Assembly: GCA_038496445.1 (NCBI GenBank)
Contig: JALMLS010000332.1
Location: 238,168-302,167, forward strand
Source: Trichosphaerium sp. ATCC 40318
Taxonomy: Eukaryota > Protista > Tubulinea
Length of the DNA: 64,000 nt
Direction of reading: 5' to 3'
The translations under genes and the position numbers were made by a program. Every line of letters starts with the position of its first letter. Within the stretch, counting starts at the first letter, position 1. Below are positions 53,643-64,000 of the stretch, piece after piece. The notes beneath the pieces were generated by a model. The model was not told the DNA's origin, did not search any database, and saw only the letters and a list, made by a program, of their open reading frames with translations.

Positions 53643-54591
53643 TCAATACTCTTCCTTGTGTTTGACCCATGACATGGACGCTAGAAAGTCAAGTTAAAAA
53701 AAACCGGTCAGAAAAAAAACTTTAAACTTACCATTACCTTTCTGTTCATCACGACCTTTAGGTAATAAGTCGATCCATTGATAAGCTCCGTTTAGGACGT
53801 CAACACCTCTAGCAAACGTTGAATACGTGTGATACACATTACCCCCTTCCTTGTGAAATACAGACCATCCAGGCATTTGAGTTACGAACGCTGGTCCTTT
53901 TTTAAAGTTGTAAGTTATGTCTGATTTCTTTTCAACTTGGGTCTTTTCACATTCCACGTTAAAATCTGAATTGAATGAGGTCTTTGAAGAAGATAGCATC
54001 GGAAAAGTCCAAGCTTTGCTTTCGTAGAAAGGTTTGAGCTTAGAAGGAGGAGCCTAGGATAAACTTATCAGTTTGTTGAAGACCGAAAAGTTATTGTACT
54101 TTTGCTACAACAGCGAAGTTAGCTTTCTGCAAAAAATGTGGCAGCGGTCCGCTGTATCCTAGTTTAACCCTATTAAATCGAAGCGTTGAATAGTCGATCA
54201 TACCATCAGCCCAGAAAGAACAGCTCTTACACCCTTTGTCCCACTCTGGATCGAACATAAAGTGTACAAGAATCAAGTCTTCTTTCCCGTTTTGAAATCC
54301 ATCAAAAAGTTGTGACAACTTGATCTCCTCGCCGTCCAACGTTTGAAACGCATAGTCAGTATCTAATTTTACCCAAGGTAATTCACGTCGAAGACGTGCG
54401 ATGTCGTCCTTTACCTACAAACCACTCAGGAGTTGAATAAAATAACAATAAAAAAAACCGCCAAACAAAAAACCTGTTGGTGTTTCCCGCGTTTTGTTTG
54501 ATTGTACCTTTGAAAACTCTTTTTCCTTTTTCAAGAGTTCCTTACGTTTATCTACCCAGTCCTCAGCTGAAACTACAGGATGTGATGTCAT
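53643..54591 (-). CDS. DUF899 (thioredoxin-like) family protein
   Basis: VVSAEDW...ELLKKEKE, RRELPWV, HFMFDPEWDKGCKSCS, YHTYSTFARG and DLLPKGRDE; 3 introns. Confidence 0.9.
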
Positions 54592-55755
54592 CAGTACTAT
54601 GTTTGAATGATTGTGTGTGACAGATTTGCAGTGCAAAGACCCGCCGGATTGTCCGCTTAAAAATACTTAGTGTATATTCACGAAGGTAGCTACCTTTGCT
54701 ATCTTTCGAATGAACCATACTACGATCCCTATTTCAACTGACAATACTTGTCAATCTTTAAAATCAATTTCAATAGAATGTAATACCTTCAGCGAACTTT
54801 ATAACACGTGTACTGTTATGCCCATGATGTTTACCAGTATTCTTGCGTCTCAAAGGACACGATTCTCAGAAATCCTCGTCTACCCAAAAAACGTGTTCCG
54901 ATTTACCACATGCAGCGAACCGTCATGTAATCTGTGCTTCAACAAAGAATCCCCTTTGTAGGGAAGTCCAGTTTATGCTTACGTAACGAAAATGGCGGTA
55001 AAAGTACGAATTTCGATTCACTTACTTTGGTAGGTTAATAATTGCGAAACAGTTTACTGTTAGGGATAGCTGCGAATAACTCTGTCGGAATACGAATGTT
55101 GACGCTCCACAGAATCCTATTCAAGGGTTTGTTGCTCAATTTGAGTACATGGATTTATTGGTTACGCTCAAATTAGTACGGTGCAGCTCAGGAATAGCGC
55201 GTCCCATTAATAGACAATATAGAAATCACGTAGTTTTGGTTTTGTATTGTTGTTGTTTATTGTGATCCAAGGTTGAAACTAGAAGACGAAGATACTTCTC
55301 ATTGATAAAATAAAATTACAGGACCTTATGATCAGGACTACGAAAAACTAAACAGTTACCAGAAGACCAAGTTATAATCGATAAGGTACCGTAAGAATGT
55401 TATTCCATCGAAGGATGTTGAACACAGGAAAGAGCATTAGAACTTACTTTTGGAAGCACTTACGAATTGTATTCTACTACATCATGTAATCTACACGGTG
55501 TCTTTAGGTAGTCAGAACTCAATAAAGCTGTTTTTGTATATATTAATTTTTTCTATTTTTATTTATTTCTGTGCACTCTTCTAATATCTCATACCAGTAT
55601 ATTGCAATCACTTAAGAACGCCCTTAAACCCCTTGTCTCACACAATAACAATAACAAAAAAAACTCGAACACTGCGTACATTTAGTTAAAAAATAGTAAA
55701 AAACGTCAGCGATATTAACTCGTAAATAGACTTTTTTAGCTATCGTAGCGTTCAC

Positions 55756-56781
55756 AAACATTCTATAAACATCCTTACTATGTCTTACTGTTTATACCGA
55801 GAAGTTCCTCAATTGTCGACAACGAAATATGTATTTTACGATGACGCTTCAACTGCGAACCGTTTTCCGCTGTTTCCTATTTTAGACCGAAGAATACTGT
55901 TTAATATCAGTTACTGCACAACTTCAATACGAATAAACAAAATCAAAAACTCAGTTTATAGTAACACAACGCAGCAACTCTCACACGAAGCATCAGGTAA
56001 AACGTTTTATATAGCTATTCATTAACTTCAACTTAGATAACAATGAAGAACGCTACATTTGAACAAAGTATAACTCTTATCGACGAAGAGATGGGAAACG
56101 TTCTATCTACTGGAAGAGATAGCAACAACGCTTTGAGGCAATACCAGGCACGTACGCATTAGAAATTCGAAGTAGCGTTTCAAGTGATTGACATGAGTTG
56201 TGTACATTGGGTCGTAACCAGGTTGCAGTGCTCCTGGGAGCTTCTCTGGTGATGCGAGAGGTACTACCCTTTACGAGAGAATACCTTGTACCGTTAGGTG
56301 TAAGTATCTCAAAGAATGGGAACTGGTTCTGCGCTAAGCATGATAATTGTCCGCTTGGTTCATTGGACAGCGGACTTGTTCACTTGTTGCTCTTGAGAAA
56401 CGCGTCAACTTCATCGTTTAAGCGGGAGAGTGTATCATGTGTCTAGGTTCGGTACCTTCCAGTGGATGTCACAGATAAAAATGTGGCTTCGTTCTATTTT
56501 GAGCTTTTCTTTTTTTTTTGAAGTTTGGACTGCCCGGGAGATGCTACGCGCTTTTTTTTGCATGTTTTCATTGTCAAAAACCGTCGACAAGTATTGTTTT
56601 TCGCGCCAAAAACAGTAGCATCTCGGCCTGAACCGAAAATAAAAACTGGAATACTTCAACTTTACAACGTGCTTTACCGCTAACGGCCTTTAGACCAAGT
56701 ACAAGGCATTCCTCAAGAGAGTAACAGGGCTTCACGCTCAACTTCAAACAGACTACAACCAACTAGAGAACGAGTTTGATG
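55756..56781 (+). repeat. Copy 2 of ~1 kb unit (inverted relative to 12644-13679)
   Basis: Direct alignment to the reverse complement of copy 1. Confidence 0.95.
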
Positions 56782-56828
56782 CGCGCGAAGAACAAGTGCG
56801 AAGCGATGCAATAAAAAGTGCTTCATAG
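56043..56828 (+). CDS. Small (~79 aa) putative coiled-coil host gene with a 546-nt intron
   Basis: MKNATFEQ...RQYQ | intron 56148-56693 (GC donor, CTAAC..TTTAG) | TKYKAFLKRVTGLHAQLQTDYNQLENEFDAREEQ...*. An alternative GT donor at 56152 gives a different frame. Confidence 0.4.
56160..56496 (+). ncRNA. Candidate intron-hosted structured RNA, copy 2
   Basis: Terminal stem TAGAA..CGAAGT.GCGTTT / AAATGT.GCTTCG.TTCTA; internal CCAGG/CCTGG, GGTAC/GTACC and GTTG/CAAC (GTTA/TAAC in copy 1). Confidence 0.6.
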
Positions 56829-57578
56829 TTAGCAAAATGTCAAAAAGAGTCTAAAGCGAAAGACGAACAGATACAGATTCTAATAGACGAAAAGAGAGAC
56901 CAAAAGAGAAAACTTGACGACTGTATCGCTTCAAATGCCGTGATGAAGGGAGAAATACTCCACAGTAGGAAAAGATTAAAGTTGATGTCTGCACATGAAG
57001 AAAAAATGGAGAATAACGTACAGGTGTTTGTTTTAGGTTTTGAGACACAAGAACAACGTCAAAACTATAAAGAAAATACCAAAGTGTACGGCGGTAAAAC
57101 GGCCGCGCTGTAGTTAAAAATGTATCAACTCTTTAGAATATATTCAATTGTTTTCGTCAGTCTTAGTTTGATTAGACTTTGTCTTTTTCGTACTCTATGG
57201 CACTATCAAAACTCTTTTGTTGTTGCTCATAACCCGTAATTTCTTCTTTTTTTCATAAAATCCTTAGTTGTCAACGTCTAAGATAAACAATGTTAGAAAT
57301 CTTCTCGGTCCAACTCTGCCCTTCACTTTCTACATAGCAAGCGAATTGGTCTGTCAGTAATCTGAAACTCTATTCCACTGCACTTCCTCTTTAGGTTCTT
57401 CACCTCCTTCACATCGAGTCCCAACACCCTTTGTAGTTTAGGAATGAAGTGTTGCGGTGGTGCAACATACTTCCACAGAACTATGATTTTAATGATTGCA
57501 TCGCTTTTTGTGCATAATTGAAAAAAAAACAAATCCAAAGACTGATCAGCTGATATTCGCATAACAAAGTATCGTATT

Positions 57579-59428
57579 TTATTCTACTACATCAAGGTGT
57601 TTGGTAACAAAAAGCTGTTTTCTTGCAAGAAACAACCACCAGCTCATTTTGAAGTTTTTGTCAAAACTTAAGGCAAATATAAGGTATACCTGCATATTAC
57701 TTGTTAGTATCTTGCATTTTGTTATATTGTTAGAATCATACCATGCTTTAACTTGAGCTTCAAGATCAGTTCTACTGAACACTACTTTAATATCAGGTCT
57801 CTCATATCGTAATTGAACAACAACATCTTCTTTACGAGCATAATCTGGATCACATCCAACAAATATATGAACCCCTTTCTCACGTGAAAGTACACACCAT
57901 TGTCCAAGTTCAAACAGAGTGATAGGACAAAGCGTCTCATTTGGAAACCCTAAAAGAAAGAAAAAACTTAGAAACTCTTTGTTGTCAACAACAGTCAATG
58001 ACTGCAAACGAATACAGGTATAAATGTATAAAATCAAATATTGTTTGCTCAAGATTAGGATAGGGCGAGTTAATACGCAACGATGATAATGGTGAGTTGA
58101 CCAAAAAACCGACAAAACGTACAAAACATTATTGCTGTAACTTTGCGCAAATGAGCATATTCCCTTATAAATGTAATAAGCCATTTTATACACGTGTGAT
58201 GGTTGACTCCGTGGCGTACCAGTATATCTGCTTCGGTGTTTCATCCAAGTTGCTAGTATCCTAACTTGAGTTAAAGAGGCAAATTAACGAGCAGTTTAAA
58301 AAACACCGTACGAAGTTCTCCCTTCTTGGATTCACAACAACAAGTCTAGGACACCCTTGATTTAAAGACTCTTTCATTTCTAAACCCACATCAATAAAGA
58401 AAAAGGTGAAACGATTACCTTTTTGCCAGTCCACACAACCTGAGATACCACCTCCAAGAAATATTGAAAGCCCAATACCGTCATAACTAAAACATGAATA
58501 AATAAGCGTTGTAGCCATATGTTGTTAGTCAAGCCTCGTACTTGTCTAGACATTCTACATAGTTTGATGAAGGCACTGGAATTTTGTTCTTCAAAGATAA
58601 TTCTTGGTACTCTGCATACCACTTGGACTAAAAGAGAAAAACTTAGTATGTCAAAAAAATCACGTGCAAAAAAAATTCATTCCTCCTTGTACCTCTACAT
58701 AGTCTATCCATTTACCCAATACCAGCATAGAAAATATTGAAGCGGCAACTTCCTAAACGGAGGTAAGTACACTGAGTTTATTGAAGTCACTGGCTGATAA
58801 AAACGGTGTTTTCAACAGGTAAGAAATTGAATGATTCGAACTCAAAACAAATACAACGGTTTTGACCACATTTTCTTTTAAAGCGTACATCAAATATTTC
58901 AGGTGTAATATCTTGATTGTTTTCATAGGCGGCTACAAGTTGTTCACGAGACATACCATCGATGTTTACCTGTGACCAAGTAAGTATCTATGTTATTAAC
59001 GATTTCTAATACCTCTCGTTCGGAGTCCACGCGTATGTATAAGTCTAAAATGCGCTTGAATAATGCTCTCCTAGTTTCTGGTGTGGAGCGTTGGGCCATT
59101 TGTTTAAATTCGGTCATAGCAGCCCATCCGTCGTACATTTCATCACAGAGACTGTATTGAGGTAGTAAGACGCATAGATAATACATTCGTACTGTTTTAC
59201 GCAATAGCGACGGAAACATGCACCTCCAAGCGGTTTCGTAAGGTGGACTCGCATATCTTGTGGTATGCGCCATTTGGTTGCTATCATGGTCAGTTTTAAA
59301 AAGCGGTTGAGTTTCGTACGTTTAGCATTAACTGGCGCAAGCATATAGTACGCCAAAGCGCCTCCAGCCAAAGTAACAGCCACTCCGGCCAAAGCAAGTG
59401 TAGAGGTAGCTGTAGATTGCGACAGCAT
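57579..59428 (-). CDS. N-terminally anchored protein with C-terminal nucleoside 2-deoxyribosyltransferase-like domain
   Basis: Splicing links MLSQSTAT...(TM)...EVAASIFS...YVECLDN to SIFLGGGISGCVDWQ, VVNPRR, WEYAHL, ETLCPITLFELG and FVGCDPDYARKEDV. The 3' end is uncertain. Confidence 0.75.
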
Positions 59429-59569
59429 GTTGTTTTATTTGTTAATAGTGTTATTGAATGAAGCCTTGTACAACAAAATCTTCACAGAAGATTGAGCTTT
59501 AGGCGTAAAAATTTCACCCATAAAACTCCAAGTCAACCGTTTTAGTTGCAACTGAAAGTCTAAAAAGAA

Positions 59570-60856
59570 ATGCGAAACGCACTTGTACTATTATGTACCC
59601 TCGCGTACTTTACGCTTGTAAGTACTCAACTCCCAGGTCCTGAGGACTGCTTCGATGAGACTAAATTTCTAGTTAACGCACGATACGATTTAACACACAT
59701 CGGAATTGGAGCAACAACTGCTACAGATATTAGTTGTTTACAGGCTTTTAGTACAACAGAAATTTAGTAATTACTCTTTACTGACGCAAATCAAGACCCT
59801 GACGTCTTTCCATTGCCACCAGCACTTGGTGATGCAGACATACCGCGGCGATTCATGCGTTTGCCTGCACCAGCAGCAACAACTGCGTTCGGTAACTTTG
59901 AAGCAGCAGGCGGTCCTGCTACTTTCATTACGTTCGAGACGCCAATTGGCGGAATTTTTGAAGTTCAGGCTTCAATATCGCTAGAAATGCAAGAGGTGGG
60001 AAATACGAACAGAAGATTTAGACTTTCAGTACGAATGTGAAAAGAATTGTGTTATTACTCACCATACTTCGTAGCTGAACTTTGACGTCTTTAACGATGG
60101 CGCATGCAACAACCCAAAACCGTCGTTGCTACTAGACGTAAGTTATTATTTATAGTGACCTGTCAAATGTAAAATAGGAACTATTGTTTTCTGATGATTG
60201 TAATCCTTTCCCTGACGATCCAGATCCATCAATAGCCTCTTGTCACGTCTGTTTCACAAATGTAGCTGGAACAGCAGAGGTACATAGCTAACTTTGTAAC
60301 GTTTGCAATTGGCTGACACAATTAAGTCATTAGATGGTTCAGGGGATAGTTATGCATTATCTGGTCGTTTCGACGCTACTATTGGGTACAGAACTAGTCT
60401 TGTAGGGGTGCTTACTTTGTTATAGATACGGTGGCGGCGATATTACTTTCAGGAATTCAATTGGTGTTGTATTAGATGTTTTTGACTCTGACGGAACGAA
60501 CATAGGTGTAGGACAATTTTATGCTTCTTATGGTGCGTGCAATAATGATTTAGTGTTTGGTTTTTTTTTGAATTAAATGTTGGCTGTAGAGGACGCAACA
60601 ATACAACCACCAACTACAGATTGTCATGTTTGCTTAAATGGTACGTAATTTTAAGTTATATCCAATTGACTCTGTGAAGGAGTTGGAGTTACTGACCCAA
60701 CGTGTTCTGGGCGTGGCATCAATATTAATGGAGCATGTTATTGTTCGACTGGATTTATAGGTATGCAATAAAAAACACACGCATGCTATTCTGAGACTAA
60801 CATGCAAATACTACTTAGGTCCTAGTTGCGAGTTTCTATGTGTTATTGTTGGATAA
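59570..60856 (+). CDS. Secreted protein with C-terminal EGF-like module
   Basis: Signal MRNALVLLCTLAYFTLVST; CSGRG...CYCSTGFIGPSC. Confidence 0.8.
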
Positions 60857-60887
60857 TTCAAATCACTATTCGTTTGTACAATAAAAC

Positions 60888-60976
60888 AATACAAACAATA
60901 AATTATTGTTATTACTATGAATTACAATACACTGAATCAATACAAACAATAAATTATGTGTTATTACTATGAATTA
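60888..60976. repeat. Two ~38-bp AT-rich direct copies between convergent genes
   Basis: CAATACAAACAATAAATTAT(G)TGTTATTACTATGAATTA occurs twice; each copy contains AATAAA. Confidence 0.85.
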
Positions 60977-61101
60977 TTCATGTACACTTTATCAACAACC
61001 TTTTTTTTGAAGGTACAAAATTACACACAACGCACTGTAAATGTTTATTGTACAAATATGCATCAAGTGCTGTAGTAGGCACTCAGTCGTTGTTTTTAAC
61101 A

Positions 61102-62418
61102 TTAAATTTCTCGGAGTAAACATGTACGATCACAATTAGCAGTCCCTTTACCTGAAACGCCTCGACACCAGCAGAATCCTGAAAAAAAAATACCATTGCC
61201 ATTACAAACAGGACAATCTAAGATGTTGTTACTTTGAATCAAAAAAGATTTTTTTTTTTGCACATACCTGGTGCTTTAATGAAAGAATTACACTCTGTTT
61301 CGCATTCTGAGTCAGCTTCTGTTGCTCTTTTGTTGATAGCTTTTGTTGGTTCAACGAAAAGTGGGTTGCCTATCGAAATTAGTAAACAAACAAAAAACCC
61401 ACTTTGTGTATAAAATTGTTGTACAGCGACGTACAAGCATCAACGTCAAATGAAATCCATGCAAATCTACCATATCTGTTGGCACTTCGCTCTTTCCATA
61501 TAAGGTCCTCTATAGACCCACCGTAGTTTAAGTTACGTCCATTTGCTCCTACACCAAATCTAAACGGTTTTCTCGCTATTATTTCAAACTAACAGAGTTT
61601 AGTGCTATGGCTATCAGGTCTCGTTAAAATGATAAGAGCACGTACAGTCAACCCTCTGAATGGTCTATCAATTATATTACCAAGAGAATCTAGGGTTTCT
61701 TCATCATCCGCTACCAACCTTCCTAAAATCTTGTTAAAACTATTGGTTTCTCTACTAAACTGTATTTTGATGAACTTGCCGCTGGCGATTTTAAAGCAAG
61801 TATGCTCTTCGGGTAGTTTTGATCTACAAGAACTACGCAAGCGCTTATCATCAGCTGTAGAGCATGATACCTTGTCAGATAAATGCAATTGTAATGTAAA
61901 TCTGTGAAACAAATGTTATTTACAATTTTGTTCAGTACGGATTTCTACCTTGCAGCGGGGTTTTTTTGACTATTGCATTGTCAGGTCGATTGTTGTGTAT
62001 ATTATTATGTTCTACGTACCTTTGTAGAATTGCTGTTAAGCGTGTGTAAAACCTTGTGAATACGTTACCGTCTATAGCTATTTCGGACTTGACAACAGTA
62101 ATGTTAGCGTTGCCTTGTACCTCTAGATCCCCTAAGTAGGATTCTGGAGGTGGAGCTCCTACATCCATGTAAGCTACTCAAAATAGTTAACCCGCTTACC
62201 TCTAAGCAGCTGTAATACTGTGTTTGGTGCTCTGCCACCTTTTGTGCAAGAATCAACTTTTGGCGCAGATATAGAGTACACAGCGTTGTTGGTTAACGTC
62301 GTGCACACTAAGGTTGGTTATTAGTACACAATTATCAACTGACTTTACCTTCAGCATTCAGGCATAAGGCGAGGTAAATTATACCCAAACCAACCAGGAG
62401 AGAGGTATTACATGCCAT
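61102..62418 (-). CDS. Secreted Cys-containing protein, unknown function
   Basis: Signal MACNTSLLVGLGIIYLALCLNAE; multi-exon; ends GFCWCRGVSGKGTANCDRTCLLREI*. Confidence 0.72.
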
Positions 62419-62520
62419 TTGGTGATTGTGAGCTGTGTAAATTTGGCTCAGCGACTTTTTTGGACTCGTACAATTCTCGAACGCCAATTGGACCATTACG
62501 CATGATGATATAACACCAGT

Positions 62521-63755
62521 ATGGCAGAATTACGGATAAAAGGTACTTATAATCTACCCGCGTAAATCTTAATCATTTCAGTGGTACAAGCGTCAAACCT
62601 CCTGGGAGACAAGAAAATTGTAGTTGAGGTAGGTGCTAAATATTTATTACCTTCGCTGAAATTACTTCTTTTCTACCAGGTAACCGTCATTACTGGGCGC
62701 TCTAAGGATGATTTCAAGTTTATAAAGAAAAAAACGAAGTGTAGCAGTGGCATGACAACTTTTTTGACTTTCCAATGATTACTGATTATCTTCATCGCAG
62801 GCTCTAATAGTCCAGTATGGGATGAACAATTTGTATTGTACGTACTTGCTATAAAAGGTAGTAATATTTCTAGCTTACGACATCTCTAGTGATGAATCTG
62901 CAGGTTTCAGCGGCGTCATTGTGCGATGTTTCGCTAAACGAAGGCGATTAAAGAAGGCAAAGCTGCTTGGACTTGTTACAATCAAAGTAAACAAGAAATT
63001 ATTGCTAGAAGACAAAAACGGCATCGGACAGCAGGTATGCCACCCCTAGTGAACACCAAAATCCGTAATTTCTCACTCTCTTTTCAAGTGGTTCCCGCTT
63101 ACATTACGTGGAAAAAAGAAAAAACAAGAAGAGACGGAAGCAGGCGAAGTAATGTTAGATATTAACATGATACGTAAGTCACTAGTGACCCAAAAAAAGC
63201 TTGTAATTTTTTTCTTACTTTCTTTAAACAGCGCCTGATAGCAAGAGAGATAGCTCTCATGTCGCTTTAATAATTCCTGAATCGCAAAGCGATGAAGAGC
63301 CTGAAGAAGGCGAAGAAACAAATCATTTTACAGATCATCCTCTTCGAGTTTCCAAAAATTGGGCTAGGAAAGATGCTGTTTTAAAGAAATCAATGTTTGT
63401 TGTCGTTGAAGAAGACTCAAGCACTGAGACTGACGAGCCTACTTTAGATTCTTTAGAAAACACATCAAAATCAAGCAGCACACTTAGTGTGCGTAGTTCA
63501 CCAAATACACTATCACCAAAAAGTACAACGAAGAAAAAAAGATTATCTATAAATCTGCGTGAAAACTTGAGTAAACAAAGTACACGCAAAACACAAAGTG
63601 CCACAGCAGTAAATACTGCACAGACAAAAACAAATCCCTTAAAACATCCAAACAAACGTAATTCTAGCCCTCGTTCACCTATGTCGCCCACAGGTGGATC
63701 AAAGCGTAATTCTACACCATTGCGTATGGCTAGTAGAAATGTACGACCAATGTAG
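62521..63755 (+). CDS. C2-domain protein with Ser/Thr/Lys-rich tail
   Basis: LRIKVVQASNL, SPVWDEQF, LLGLVTI, WFPL and GEVMLDI; includes GC-AG intron 62750-62800. Confidence 0.85.
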
Positions 63756-64000
63756 ATAGTGCAATACCAAAACAAAGCAATAAAAAATGTACAATTAGTG
63801 AAAAGTATAAAATGTCCCAACCACAGGTAAAATGTCCCCACTTTCAACACTTTTTTTGAACAAAAATTGATGCTACGCTCTTAAAAAAATACTTTTTTAT
63901 TCTGATTTTAACATGATGTGAACTATTTTTAGGCCAAAACTTATTAACTCCACCTAATACGACACCAATTTGACAATATCAAGGAGTTGTTTTTGACTTG

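Noticed and set aside
54926-55165. RNase P/MRP-like layout (GTAATC/GGTTAC, hairpin then GGGAAGTCCA, later TGGATTTA)
   Set aside because: P4 lacks the bulged U, CR-V spacing is too short and there is no GARAR/P8 hairpin. Only cmscan could rescue it.
56160-56496. Assignment of the intronic RNA to U2, SRP, RNase P, cobalamin/TPP riboswitch or group I/II intron
   Set aside because: Only isolated short resemblances (e.g. GTGTAAGTATCT); diagnostic cores are missing
1-64000. Alternative genetic code suggested by fragmented ORFs; CRISPR, tRNA or rRNA
   Set aside because: Fragmentation is explained by short introns, and TAA, TAG and TGA all terminate genes. No repeat-spacer array, cloverleaf or rRNA motif was seen.

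Overview
AT-rich, gene-dense, intron-rich eukaryotic nuclear DNA. Introns are mostly short GT-AG with a GTACGT/GTAAG donor and a CTAAC-like branch site. The gene content (family-C GPCRs, copine/RGLG-type vWA, Cys-rich vWA surface protein, receptor Tyr kinase) suggests an amoebozoan-type protist; this is an inference. About 25 protein genes were reconstructed by hand-splicing, so exon edges are approximate. Most notable: (1) a ~1 kb unit present twice in inverted orientation (12.6-13.7 kb and 55.8-56.8 kb, plus a fragment at 17.7 kb) whose exons are decaying while its ~550-nt intron stays highly conserved and folds into stem-closed domains with a compensatory base-pair change, i.e. a candidate undescribed intron-hosted structured RNA; (2) several other 250-420 nt stem-closed non-coding elements, one carrying a CCCUAACC telomere-template-like motif; (3) an RGLG/copine-like gene with no usable ATG that appears to start at CTG (MGLFKSK myristoylation motif); (4) a secreted histidine-brace LPMO-like protein; (5) inverted, partly gene-converted family-C GPCR paralogues; (6) an intronless F-box/LRR gene; (7) strong CACGTG enrichment. 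All RNA folding was done by eye and needs computational confirmation.
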